Shown here one piece after another: positions 18,671 through 28,469 of a stretch of 64,000 bases of DNA. The notes below the pieces were generated by a model. That model saw nothing but the letters and a program-made list of their open reading frames with translations. It was not told the DNA's origin and made no database searches. A program made the position numbers and the translations under genes. This DNA comes from an uncultured Ruminococcus sp. GTDB lineage: Bacteria > Bacillota > Clostridia > Oscillospirales > Acutalibacteraceae. Within the stretch, counting starts at the first letter, position 1, and each line of letters starts with the position of its first letter. Location: positions 1 through 64,000 of the forward strand of contig CACZYP010000001.1 in the NCBI GenBank assembly GCA_902785425.1, written 5' to 3'.

Positions 18671-19067
18671 CGCTGCCGCCGTCCTTTCGCTTTGCGTTTG
18701 TCTTTGACATGAATTTATCGGCGTCCACTATAAAACGCTCGTGAACACCTCTGCCAACTTCACCGCACTCGTCGGAAACTACAGCCTCAAAAACGAGCCT
18801 TCTGCGGTCGATCTCAATAAGCTTCGTTTCGCATGTAACGGTCATGCCCAAAGGCGTTGCGGCAGTATGAGCTATATCAAGCTTTGTCCCTACCGTAGTC
18901 ATGCCATCGTCAAGCTTATCCGAAACGCTTTTCCATGCAGTCTCTTCGATAAGTGCGATCATTGCAGGCGTTGCGAAAACATCAAGCACGCCGCTGCCCA
19001 TTCTTTTGGCGGTAAGCTCTTCTGTTACTGTTTTTGTTATCTTTCCTGTTATACCTGTATCCAACAT
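18657..19067 (-). CDS. Hotdog-fold thioesterase family protein.
   Basis: The roughly 137-aa translation (MLDTGITGKITKTV…) has GGGGG as its RBS. It overlaps the coaBC start by 14 nt. Confidence 0.65.
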   Translation of the reverse strand: MLDTGITGKITKTVTEELTAKRMGSGVLDVFATPAMIALIEETAWKSVSDKLDDGMTTVGTKLDIAHTAATPLGMTVTCETKLIEIDRRRLVFEAVVSDECGEVGRGVHERFIVDADKFMSKTNAKRKDGGSDENA

Positions 19068-19229
19068 GTCATAACCCCCGGATCTGTAATAGTAAATTGT
19101 ACATAGCAAGCAGAATTCCTTCTTGATAAATTCATTTTACCATATTAATACTTCGTTGACAAGCGAATAAAATGTTTGTATGCATTTTTTCTGTCTGTCT
19201 GTAAGAGTAGTCAAATTGAAAGTAAAATC

Positions 19230-19258
19230 TTGACACGCTTTGTTGTCGGTGCTATTAT
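19230..19258 (+). promoter_or_regulatory. Promoter TTGACA-17-TATTAT upstream of aspS.
   Basis: It reads ttgacacgctttgttgtcggtgctattat. Confidence 0.5.
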
Positions 19259-19333
19259 AATAAGAGGCAAAAAAATTCGGTTAAACCGCCGAGATTTGCA
19301 GATTTACAGAATACTCACAGCGGAGGAATATAT

Positions 19334-21124
19334 ATGGCAGAATTTATGACAGGCTTGAAGCGCACCTGCTACTGCGGCGAGCTTCGCCTTTCCGATGTCG
19401 GCAAAGAGGTAACGCTCTTTGGGTGGACAGCTAAACAGAGAGACTTGGGTCAGCTCGTTTTCATCGACCTCAGAGACAGAACAGGTATCGTTCAGCTTTC
19501 TTTTGACGATTCTACAGATAAAGAAGTTTTCGAGAAAGCTCAGAAGGTTCGCAGCGAGTTCGTTCTCGGCGTAGTCGGCACGGTAATGGAGCGCAGCGCA
19601 AAAACAAACAAGATCGCAACAGGTGACGTTGAAGTTAAGGTAACAGAGCTTCGCATTCTCGGCGAAAGCGAGACGCCGCCTTTTGAGATCTCCGATAAAT
19701 GCACGGCAGGCGAGCCGACAAGACTTAAGTACAGATATCTTGACCTTCGCCGCCCCGAGCTTCAGCATAATATCATTCTTCGCCACAAGATCGCAAAGTC
19801 TACAAGAGACTATTTTGATGAGAACGGATTTATCGAGATCGAAACTCCTATGCTCATAAAGTCTACTCCCGAGGGCGCAAGAGACTTCCTCGTTCCTTCA
19901 AGAATACATAAGGGCAGCTTCTATGCTCTTCCGCAGTCGCCGCAGATCTACAAGCAGCTTTGCATGGTTGCTGGCTTTGACAGATATATGCAGCTCGCAC
20001 GCTGCTTCCGTGACGAGGATCTTCGTGCAGACCGTCAGCCCGAATTTACACAGATCGACCTTGAGATGTCGTTCGTTGATATGGACGATGTTCTTAAACT
20101 CGGCGAGGGCTTTATCAAGCGTGTATTCAAGGATGTTCTTGATATCGATATCCCGACACCGTTCCCGAGATATACATATAATGAGGTTATGTCTCGCTTC
20201 GGCTCCGATAAGCCCGACACACGTTTCGGAATGGAGCTTTTTGATCTTACAGAGACAGTAAAGGACTCCGAGTTCGTTGTATTCAAGAACGCTGTTGAAA
20301 ACGGCGGTTCCGTTCGTGGTATTACAGCTAAGAACGCAGTAAAGACATATTCGAGAAAGGTCATCGACAAGCTTATCGAAACGGCAAAGGGTATAGGCGC
20401 AAAGGGCGTTGCATGGATAAGAATGACAGATGACGGCATTGCTTCCTCGTTCTCGAAGTTCATGACAGATGAGCAGATGCAGGCTATCGTTGAGAAAGCA
20501 GGCGCAGAGACAGGCGACGTTGTATTCATCGTAGCAGATGAAAACGATACAAGCGTTATGTCCATTCTCGGCGCACTTCGTCTTGAAGTTGCAAATAAGC
20601 TTGAGATCAAGCGTGAGGGCTTCAACTTCCTTTGGGTAGTAGAGTTCCCGTTCTTCGAGTACGACAAGGAGAGCGGTGAGTGGCTTGCAATGCACCACCC
20701 GTTCACATCGCCGACAGACGAGGCTATGAAGCATCTTGAGGGTGACAAGAGCAAGGTTTACGCAAAGGCTTACGATATGGTGCTCAACGGAATCGAGCTG
20801 TCGAGCGGTTCTATCCGTATCACGAACCCCGATCTTCAGAAGCGCATGTTCAGCATGCTCGGCCTTTCCGATGAAGAGGCTTACAGAAAGTTCGGCTTCC
20901 TTACGGACGCTTTCAAGTACGGCGCACCGCCGCACGGCGGAATGGGCATCGGTCTTGACCGTCTTGTAATGCAGATGATCGGCGCTTCTACGCTTCGTGA
21001 CGTAGTTGCATTCCCGAAGGTACAGAACGCAAGCGAGCTTATGACGAACGCTCCATCGCCCGTAGACGGCGACCAGCTTTCCGAGCTTGGCATCGGCGTG
21101 ACCGTTCCGATGAACGAAGAATAA
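19334..21124 (+). CDS. aspS: Aspartate--tRNA ligase.
   Basis: It has an OB-fold N-terminus and class II motifs (FRDEDLRADRQPEFTQID, GGMGIGLDRLVM). Confidence 0.95.
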   Translation: MAEFMTGLKRTCYCGELRLSDVGKEVTLFGWTAKQRDLGQLVFIDLRDRTGIVQLSFDDSTDKEVFEKAQKVRSEFVLGVVGTVMERSAKTNKIATGDVEVKVTELRILGESETPPFEISDKCTAGEPTRLKYRYLDLRRPELQHNIILRHKIAKSTRDYFDENGFIEIETPMLIKSTPEGARDFLVPSRIHKGSFYALPQSPQIYKQLCMVAGFDRYMQLARCFRDEDLRADRQPEFTQIDLEMSFVDMDDVLKLGEGFIKRVFKDVLDIDIPTPFPRYTYNEVMSRFGSDKPDTRFGMELFDLTETVKDSEFVVFKNAVENGGSVRGITAKNAVKTYSRKVIDKLIETAKGIGAKGVAWIRMTDDGIASSFSKFMTDEQMQAIVEKAGAETGDVVFIVADENDTSVMSILGALRLEVANKLEIKREGFNFLWVVEFPFFEYDKESGEWLAMHHPFTSPTDEAMKHLEGDKSKVYAKAYDMVLNGIELSSGSIRITNPDLQKRMFSMLGLSDEEAYRKFGFLTDAFKYGAPPHGGMGIGLDRLVMQMIGASTLRDVVAFPKVQNASELMTNAPSPVDGDQLSELGIGVTVPMNEE

Positions 21125-21132
21125 TTATTTAT

Positions 21133-21168
21133 GCCGCAGTGTTTTTCGGAAATGCTGCGGCTTTGCCT
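21133..21168 (+). terminator. Terminator after aspS.
   Basis: The hairpin is gccgcag-tgtttttcggaaatg-ctgcggc, followed by tttgcc. Confidence 0.55.
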
Positions 21169-21174
21169 TGCAGT

Positions 21175-21430
21175 GAAAAATCGCATAGTCAAAAGTTTTT
21201 TGCGCAGCTTTTTTTCAAAAAAGCTGCCGGGGTGTGGGGCGAGCAGCCCCACAAAGAAACTACATGATATAGAGTAGTTTGGAGCGAAGCAATAATAAAA
21301 GCGTGCGAAGCACCAAAAATGAAAGAGCCCTTACCGAAAAAACAGGCACGAGGCGAAGCCAATGTGCCGGATGGAAATGCTTAGTGAATGGTTGCTTTTT
21401 GTGCGGTATTGTTTTACGAAAGGAGAGATT
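21175..21430. repeat. Family B hairpin-rich repeat, copy B1, inverted relative to B2.
   Basis: The reverse complement matches 24620-24840, including ccggcacattggcttcgcctcgtgcctgtttt, ggtgcttcgcacgc and ccccggcagcttttttgaaaaaaagctgcgcaaaaaac. Confidence 0.8.
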
Positions 21431-21532
21431 TCACATGTCTGTGGTTTTTAGAACGAGATTCATTTGATGCAAAAACCGATTAAATGGTTTTTGCGTAATC
21501 ACAATTACTATTTAATTTAGGAGATTGTATTA

Positions 21533-22180
21533 ATGAATATCAAAGACAATGTTATTAAGGAATACTTGAAGAACGTTTATTTTATCACGGGGACACCGTG
21601 CGGAGGAAAAACAGTTACGTCAAGAGCACTGGGGGCAAAGTATAATATCCCTGTGTACGATGTTGACGAGCAGTTCCCCGGTCATCAACGGATCTCCGAT
21701 AAAGAACATCAGCCCTGCATGAACAAGTCGTTTAAGAATGCCGATGAGTTTTTCGGACGAACTGTTGAGGAGTATAAGAATTGGCTGATTGATAATACAA
21801 GAGAACAGTTAGAGTATGTAATAATGGATCTGATAAAGCTTTCGCAGAATGGTCCTGTTATATGTGATTGTCACCTTACAATAGATCAGTCGGATGTACT
21901 TACTTCACCGAACAGGATCGTATTCATGCTGAAGGAACCGGTTGATTTAGTGGACGATTATTGCAATAGACCGGATCATCAGGGATTCAGTGATTATATC
22001 CATAGTACAACTGATTTTGAAAAGGCGAAGAAAACATGTAATGAAACGCTTTATAGTCTTAATGCCAATAAGTATCATGATGTTAAAAACAGCAGATACT
22101 ATTGGCTTGAGCGTGATCCCAACAGAAGTGTCGATGAAACGGTTATTCTGGTTGCCAAGCATTTCGGTTTGGAACGATAA
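21533..22180 (+). CDS. Uncharacterized P-loop NTPase, nucleotide/nucleoside kinase-like.
   Basis: It has Walker A GTPCGGKT and an RBS AGGAG. Confidence 0.55.
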   Translation: MNIKDNVIKEYLKNVYFITGTPCGGKTVTSRALGAKYNIPVYDVDEQFPGHQRISDKEHQPCMNKSFKNADEFFGRTVEEYKNWLIDNTREQLEYVIMDLIKLSQNGPVICDCHLTIDQSDVLTSPNRIVFMLKEPVDLVDDYCNRPDHQGFSDYIHSTTDFEKAKKTCNETLYSLNANKYHDVKNSRYYWLERDPNRSVDETVILVAKHFGLER

Positions 22181-22203
22181 AAAAGAATATAGCAGTAAAA
22201 AAA

Positions 22204-22234
22204 GCCCCGAAACGATCGTCTGAATCGTTTTGGG
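22204..22234. terminator. Bidirectional terminator hairpin between convergent genes.
   Basis: The hairpin is ccccgaaacgat-cgtctga-atcgttttgggg. Confidence 0.6.
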
Positions 22235-22242
22235 GCGAATTC

Positions 22243-22425
22243 TTATTTTCTCATATCTTTGTGTTCCCAAGGCTCGTAATCCGAAAAGTCCTTGTTCGAG
22301 TCATCGATGTCGTATTCACTGTTTTTAAAAAGGCCACGGCCTGCCGAATATCCTTCGCCTGTTTTTTTATAGCCTCCCCAGAAGCCTATAAGTACCATTA
22401 CTATTAAAAGAAAGATCCAGAACAT
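22243..22425 (-). CDS. Small membrane protein of 60 aa, downstream of the flotillin gene.
   Basis: AAAGGAG sits 8 nt before the ATG, and there is one TM helix. Confidence 0.5.
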   Translation of the reverse strand: MFWIFLLIVMVLIGFWGGYKKTGEGYSAGRGLFKNSEYDIDDSNKDFSDYEPWEHKDMRK

Positions 22426-22445
22426 AATATTTCTCCTTTCTTAAT

Positions 22446-22497
22446 CCAATTGAAAATTGACAATTTCGGAAGCGCTTCGTGCTTAATTTATATTAGT
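22446..22497. repeat. Family A fragment (left end plus core hairpin ttcggaagcgcttcgtgctt).
   Basis: It matches the family A core. Confidence 0.7.
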
Positions 22498-22643
22498 GTA
22501 TCATATCTTTCGGATTTCTGCAATACTGAACATCCAAAAGTTTTTTAGATCTCTACCGCCGCAGCACAACAGAAATGTTATGCTGCAGCGGTTATCTATA
22601 CCTTTTTCCAAACCGGGTCAATGCTTACCTGTTATAAGCATTC

Positions 22644-24215
22644 TTATTCATTATCGGGCAGTGTTTTCTGCTCCGGGTGTACACATTCGTTGATGGTTGT
22701 GTTGTTTGAGAGAAGTCCCTTTGCAGGCTCTGCGATGCTTGCAACAAGGTTTCTCAGCTCGTCGTTGTACGGTCTGCCGTTGAGAGCCTGATTTTCTACG
22801 TCAAGCTTCTTCATCAGCTCGGGTACGCTTGAAAGTGTGTCGATAAGAACATTGCCCGTGCCGCCGGAAGCTGTGCCGTTTCCGCCGATATTTACGAACT
22901 CTGCATTCTTGCCGATGCTTGCCATGATCTCTGCTGTCTTTGTTGCGATCGTAACTTTAGCTTCCGTTTCGATCTTGATCTTTTCGATCTCGAAGTTGAC
23001 TTTCTCATTGGAAGCACGAGCCTCTGCGAGCGCTCTTTCACCTTCTGCTCTTGCGATCAGCTTTTGCTTTTCGACCTCAGCTTCTGCAAGACCTTTCTGA
23101 CGGATTACCTCTGCGTCTGCAAGACCTTTCTGCTTCGTTACGTCTGCAACAGCCGTACCTTCCTTGCGTGTTTTCTCTGCAGCTGCGTCTGCGGTGATCT
23201 TAACTGCGTTTGCCTCACGCTCTGCTACCTGAACAGATGCGTCTGCGCTTATCATGCGGACATTTGCCTGAGCTTCTGCGTCGATCCTGTTCTTCTGCTT
23301 TGCAGCTTCTGCACGGGTTGCGATAACCTCTTTCTCCTTAACGGCTGCGAGGTTTGCCTGCTCCTGCTCGATTACCTTGATCCTACCTTGCTGCTCGGCA
23401 ACTTCCTGCTGTCTGATCGTGTGCTGGAGTTCGCCTGCGATAGCTGCGTCGGCGTCTGCCTTGTCTGTTTCTGCCTTGAAGCCTGCGATCTTAAGGTTGT
23501 TGTCTCGCTGCTTTTCTGCAACTGCAAGCTGCGAAGAAAGCTCGTTCTGAGAAGCGATCTTCTCGGATTCTGCCTTCTGTGTACGTACAGCCTCATCAAC
23601 TACGCTCTTCTTGTTTTCTGCCTCACGGCGCTTGTCTTCCATATCAAGAGCGGCGATGTTGTCGTAGTAGCGGTTGTTGTCGGTGATGTCCTGGATATTG
23701 AGTGAAACAAGCTCCATGCCCATGTTTACCATCTCGTCGGCAACGATCTTCTTAACGTTCTCGGCAAATACTACCTTGTCTCTGAGAACCTCTTCCGGAG
23801 TCATGGAAGCCACGATATCACGAACTGCGCCTGTAAGTGTAAGGCGAACGTCGTTTTTGATACCTTCCTGGCCTCTCTCCTTGAAGGAAATGATAGCTTT
23901 TTTCAGATTGTTGATATCTTCCGTATCGGGTCTGATCTGAGCTGTCCAGTCAATGATGATCGGAACGGAGGTCTTTGTTTTTACCTCGTCTTTGTCTGCG
24001 GTAACTGTGAGCATGCATAGATCAAAGTACTGCGCTTTGCGGAAGATCGGGATAACGAACGAACCGCCCGAAACTTTGATGATCGGTTCTTTGCCGCCTG
24101 TGATAATGAGAGCCTTGTCGATATCTGCGACTCTGTATATCATACACAGGAACACCACGAGCAGAATAACTGCGATTACTATGGGAATGATGATCGGTAA
24201 TAATGTTGCTAACAT
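22644..24215 (-). CDS. Flotillin-like SPFH/band-7 protein (FloT/YqiK-like).
   Basis: It has an N-terminal TM, an SPFH domain and a long Ala/Glu-rich coiled coil, with an RBS AGGAGG. Confidence 0.85.
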   Translation of the reverse strand: MLATLLPIIIPIVIAVILLVVFLCMIYRVADIDKALIITGGKEPIIKVSGGSFVIPIFRKAQYFDLCMLTVTADKDEVKTKTSVPIIIDWTAQIRPDTEDINNLKKAIISFKERGQEGIKNDVRLTLTGAVRDIVASMTPEEVLRDKVVFAENVKKIVADEMVNMGMELVSLNIQDITDNNRYYDNIAALDMEDKRREAENKKSVVDEAVRTQKAESEKIASQNELSSQLAVAEKQRDNNLKIAGFKAETDKADADAAIAGELQHTIRQQEVAEQQGRIKVIEQEQANLAAVKEKEVIATRAEAAKQKNRIDAEAQANVRMISADASVQVAEREANAVKITADAAAEKTRKEGTAVADVTKQKGLADAEVIRQKGLAEAEVEKQKLIARAEGERALAEARASNEKVNFEIEKIKIETEAKVTIATKTAEIMASIGKNAEFVNIGGNGTASGGTGNVLIDTLSSVPELMKKLDVENQALNGRPYNDELRNLVASIAEPAKGLLSNNTTINECVHPEQKTLPDNE

Positions 24216-24344
24216 AAGAATACCTCCTTATCTTGAAAACCAAGACTACATAAATAAAATAATATTATATCTTATTCGATACAAAATCGAATGATATACA
24301 GAAAAAATTAGTGAAAATCACTCTAAAAAGGGTAAAAAAATAGC

Positions 24345-24483
24345 TGCCAGATTTGACAGACCCCACCAATACTAATTGAAAATTGAAAATGGAAAATTGA
24401 AAATTTTTCGATCTTCGGTTTCAATCAGAAATATTCGATTTTCAATAAAATAAGGGTCTGCCAAATTTGACAGACCCCACCAA
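24345..24483. repeat. Minimal 87-bp family A element (24371-24457) flanked by 26-bp direct repeats ctgcca(g/a)atttgacagaccccaccaa.
   Basis: The element has heptamer inverted ends (attgaaaattgaaaatggaaaattgaaa … tttcaatcagaaatattcgattttcaat). The direct repeats lie at 24345-24370 and 24458-24483. Confidence 0.8.
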
Positions 24484-24597
24484 AATTTCTATTCTGTTTT
24501 GAACCGCCCTTTGGGTCGGATGATTCATTGATACATATATTACACTGTTTGTCGTGTTTTGTCAATAGCTAATTGTGAACAAATTGTAAATTCGGTA

Positions 24598-24900
24598 TTC
24601 GGATGATTTCCGGCATTGTTTTTTATAGTCCGGCACATTGGCTTCGCCTCGTGCCTGTTTTATCCGTAACGCCGGTTATGTTTTTGTGCTTCGCACGCTG
24701 TGTCTCCGACGGGCAGGGGTTCCGTCTCGGCTGCCGCCTCGGTCGGTGCTTCTGCTGCGCAGAGGTCTCCACCGGAGACCCGCACCCCTGCACCCCGGCA
24801 GCTTTTTTGAAAAAAAGCTGCGCAAAAAACTTCCTGCTGCGCTTTTCTTATGAACAAACCAACGCCCTGCGAATCTCTTCACAGGGCGTGTTTTCAACAT
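24598..24900. repeat. Family B repeat, copy B2.
   Basis: See B1. It contains the hairpin ggtctccaccggagacc and the palindrome gcttttttgaaaaaaagc. Confidence 0.8.
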
Positions 24901-24923
24901 TATGTTTGTTTATTGTGGAAAAC

Positions 24924-27320
24924 TCACTCTACCGGCTTGAGTCCCCAGATATCGTCTGCATAGTCTCTGATCGAGCGGTCTGCTGCGAAGATACCTGCAT
25001 TTGCGATGTTGATGAGCGAGGACTTGTTCCAATCCTTCTTGTTGAGATACATCTCGGATGCTCTCTTCTGAGCCTGAGCGTAATCTGCGAAGTCTGCAAG
25101 AACCATGTAAGGATCGTTCTCTGTGAGGTTCTTTGCAATATGGTTGAAGCCTGTGGAGTTAAGCTCGTCGATAGCCTTCTTGATCGTCGGGTTGTTTACG
25201 TAGTAATCCATCGGGTTGTAGCCGTTGGCTTTAAGTCTGCCTACCTCGGGTGTTGTAAGACCGAAGAGGAACATGTTGTCGCTGCCTACTGCGTCGTGGA
25301 TCTCAACGTTAGCGCCGTCGAGTGTGCCGAGTGTAAGTGCGCCGTTGATCATGAACTTCATGTTTGAAGTACCGGAAGCCTCTGTGCCGGCAAGAGAGAT
25401 CTGTTCGCTGATCTCGGAAGCGGGCATGAGCTTTTCTGCAACTGTTACACGGTAATCCTCAAGATAGATGACCTTGAGCTTCTCGTTAAGAAGCGGATCG
25501 TTGTTGATGCGCTCTGTCATCTTTACGATGAACTGAATGATCTCCTTTGCGAAATAGTAGCCCGGAGCTGCCTTAGCGCCGAAGATGTATGTTTTCGGAA
25601 CGAACGGTGCGTTCGGATTCTCACGCAGATACTGTGCGACCGAAAGGATATGAAGAGCGTTCATGAGCTGACGCTTGTATTCGTGCAGACGCTTTACCTG
25701 TACGTCAAAGATCGAATCGGGATCAACGATAACGCCGTTGTGCTCTTTGATGTACTCTGCCATAACGATCTTGTTTGCACGCTTGATCTTTGCAAGCTTA
25801 TCGAGTACGGCGGAATCGTCCTTGTACTTCATAAGATCGGTGAGTTTCGATGCGTCTGACTTGAAGCCGTCGCCGATAAGGTCTGTGATGAGCTCCGAAA
25901 GCTTCGGATTCGACTGACACAGCCAGCGGCGGTGAGCGATACCGTTTGTAACGTTTGTGAACTTCTCGGGAGTTACCTTGTAGAAGTCGTTGAATACTGT
26001 ATCTTTAAGGATCTGGCTGTGCAGCGCAGATACACCGTTTACCTTGTAGCTTGCCATAACAGCGAGGTTAGCCATCTTAACAACGCCGTCGTTGATGATA
26101 GCCATTCTGCCGACCTGATAGCCGTCGATGCCCTGAGCATGGAGCGACTCGCAGTAGCGGCGGTTGAGCTCTGCAACGATCTGATAGATTCTCGGGAGCT
26201 TGTTGCGGAACATATCCTCGCCCCAGCACTCGAGAGCCTCACGCATAACTGTGTGGTTCGTGTATGCGATAGTCTTGGATACGATATCCCATGCCTCGTC
26301 CCAGCCGTAGCCGTAGTCGTCCATGATGATTCTCATAAGCTCCGGAACTGCAAGAACGGGGTGAGTGTCGTTCATGTGGATAGTTACCCAATCGGGGAGA
26401 GTTGTCATATCACTGCCATGATAAAGAATGTGGCGGCGAACGATATCCTGGATAGTTGCAGATACAAGGAAGTACTGCTGGTTAAGTCTGAGGCTCTTAC
26501 CCTCTGCGTGATTGTCTCCCGGATAAAGTACCTGAGTGATAGCAGAAGCCATAGCCTTCTGCTCCATAGCACGCATGATGTGACCCTCGTTGAAGAGGTT
26601 CATGTCGATGTTGTCAGCCTGAGCTGCCCAAAGACGAAGTCTGCTCGTGCCCTTGCCGTCTGCGCCGGAAATGTACATATCGTAAGGAACAGCCATAACC
26701 GTAACGGGGTTAACGAGCTTTACTGTACATTTACCGTCGCCCCATGTTTCTTCAACGCTGCCGTTGAAACGAACGGGCATAGCCTTGTCGGGATGAGACT
26801 GGAGCCAAACGCTGCCGCCGGGGAGCCAGTTATCGGGAAGCTCCGTCTGCCAGCCGTCAACAAGGCTCTGACGGAAGATACCCATTTCATATCTGAGTGA
26901 ATAGCCCATCGAAGAGTAGCCCTGTGAAGCAAGACCGTCAAGGAAGCATGCTGCAAGTCTGCCCAGACCGCCGTTGCCGAGGCCTGCGTCGGGCTCTTGT
27001 TCGTAAATGTTGTCAATAGATGTTCCGAAGCTCTTGAGAGCCTTTGCGAAAGTGTCCTCAAGGCCGAGGTTGCAGACGTTGTTTTTGAGAGAACGTCCGA
27101 GCAGGAACTCCATGCAAAGATAGTAAACGGTCTTTCTCTGCTGAGCAAGAGCGTTGTCTTTGAACTCCTTGTAGCCCTTTCCCATAAGGTCACGCATAAC
27201 GAGTGCAGTCGCCTTGTAGAAGTGCTCGTCTGTGGCGTCCTTTGCCGAAACGCCCATGTTGTGAGAAAGCTTTGCCGAGATCAATTCCTTTGCCTGATCG
27301 ACAGTTAAATTATAGTTCAT
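24924..27320 (-). CDS. glgP: Alpha-glucan (glycogen/maltodextrin) phosphorylase.
   Basis: It has the PLP site EASGTSNMKFMINGALTLGTLDGANVEI. The start is at MNYNL, with GGAGG 7 nt upstream. Confidence 0.93.
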   Translation of the reverse strand: MNYNLTVDQAKELISAKLSHNMGVSAKDATDEHFYKATALVMRDLMGKGYKEFKDNALAQQRKTVYYLCMEFLLGRSLKNNVCNLGLEDTFAKALKSFGTSIDNIYEQEPDAGLGNGGLGRLAACFLDGLASQGYSSMGYSLRYEMGIFRQSLVDGWQTELPDNWLPGGSVWLQSHPDKAMPVRFNGSVEETWGDGKCTVKLVNPVTVMAVPYDMYISGADGKGTSRLRLWAAQADNIDMNLFNEGHIMRAMEQKAMASAITQVLYPGDNHAEGKSLRLNQQYFLVSATIQDIVRRHILYHGSDMTTLPDWVTIHMNDTHPVLAVPELMRIIMDDYGYGWDEAWDIVSKTIAYTNHTVMREALECWGEDMFRNKLPRIYQIVAELNRRYCESLHAQGIDGYQVGRMAIINDGVVKMANLAVMASYKVNGVSALHSQILKDTVFNDFYKVTPEKFTNVTNGIAHRRWLCQSNPKLSELITDLIGDGFKSDASKLTDLMKYKDDSAVLDKLAKIKRANKIVMAEYIKEHNGVIVDPDSIFDVQVKRLHEYKRQLMNALHILSVAQYLRENPNAPFVPKTYIFGAKAAPGYYFAKEIIQFIVKMTERINNDPLLNEKLKVIYLEDYRVTVAEKLMPASEISEQISLAGTEASGTSNMKFMINGALTLGTLDGANVEIHDAVGSDNMFLFGLTTPEVGRLKANGYNPMDYYVNNPTIKKAIDELNSTGFNHIAKNLTENDPYMVLADFADYAQAQKRASEMYLNKKDWNKSSLINIANAGIFAADRSIRDYADDIWGLKPVE

Positions 27321-27663
27321 GGTAAATGCCTCCGTTTTTCGGGGCGGCTTGCTGCAAGCCGTGCCCGTTATTTTTATGACACACACAGCAGATGACCATT
27401 ATATCTGCATAGTATAAATCCATTATACTACAACAGTAAACAAAAAACAATAGCTATCCTGTTTTTTTATATGGCATTTGTTGCGAAATGTGGGGGATAA
27501 TTTTTTTATAAAGAAATTTTGCATTTGCCGGCGGTCAGACAAGCATGTGAAACAAAGTTTTGCTGCCATGAGCAAAATTTACTTGTAATTATTTGTTTTG
27601 TGATGTATAATGAAAACATAGTTTCAAAATTCTACAAAAATTTTTGAAAGGAATGTGGATATT

Positions 27664-28293
27664 ATGGCAAAGCACGCTGTACGCATTATGAATTACAACC
27701 TTACTCTGACCTCGGATGACGATAAAACGTATATTGAGAGCGTTGCAGAGAGGGTCGAGCGCAACGTAAAGGCTCTTTCGACCGCTATGCCGACACGAAA
27801 TATGACAGAGGTAGCTCTGTTTGTAGCTATGGACTACTGCGACCGTTATATGAAGTCTATCGGCGACGGTACTTCTATGAGAGGCCAGATAAAGGATTAC
27901 CTTAAAGACTCCGGCGCTGCACGTCAGCAGCTTGAAGAGACAAAAAAGGAAAACGAGCTTCTCCGTGCGGAAAATGAGAAGCTCAGAGCAAGAATAAACG
28001 GTACCGCCGAGGCTGAGACGAAGAAAGAAGAAGCAGAGAAGGAGCCTGAGATCGAGACGCCTGCACCTATAGAAGAGGCGCCCGCTGCTGCCACACCGGT
28101 TTCGGCAACGTTAAAGACAGATGTAACCGACCAGCTTTTCTCACGCAAGAAAAACAAGGGCAAAAAAAAAGAAAATAAGCAGGCGGCTCCCGTAAGAGGA
28201 ATATGGGGTGCAGACGCATTCTCCGAAAGCGCAGACTCCGCCGACGATATCATGAGCTTTTTTGAAGAAAAATCATTCTCGGACGAAGACTGA
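27664..28293 (+). CDS. zapA: ZapA-like cell division protein with a long charged C-terminal extension.
   Basis: It has a ZapA N-domain (AVRIMNYNLTLTSDDDKTYIESVAERV…ALFVAMDYC) and a coiled coil. It is followed by a U32 peptidase, as in other Firmicutes. Confidence 0.7.
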   Translation: MAKHAVRIMNYNLTLTSDDDKTYIESVAERVERNVKALSTAMPTRNMTEVALFVAMDYCDRYMKSIGDGTSMRGQIKDYLKDSGAARQQLEETKKENELLRAENEKLRARINGTAEAETKKEEAEKEPEIETPAPIEEAPAAATPVSATLKTDVTDQLFSRKKNKGKKKENKQAAPVRGIWGADAFSESADSADDIMSFFEEKSFSDED

Positions 28294-28298
28294 CTTTA

Positions 28299-28424
28299 AA
28301 TGGAAAATGGAAAATTGCGGAAGCACTTCGTGCTTGTTTTATTAACCTTGTACTATAAAAACAGGAGCGAAGCGACTCCGCAATTGTCCATTATCAATGG
28401 TCAACTGTCAATTGATAGTTGATT
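28299..28424. repeat. Complete small family A element of 126 bp. The left end is GGAAAAT-type plus hairpin aagcac-ttc-gtgctt. The right end is an inverted GACAATT-type plus core gcggagtcgcttcgctcctg.
   Basis: It is directly visible. Confidence 0.85.
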
Positions 28425-28469
28425 GCAGTTCCCCCAAATGCGTAATCTTCTAAAGAAGGGTGTTTTGTA

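Noticed and set aside
21279-21467. 62-aa ORF inside family B copy B1.
   Set aside because: It lies within a repeat element, has no RBS and has an Arg/Cys-rich composition.
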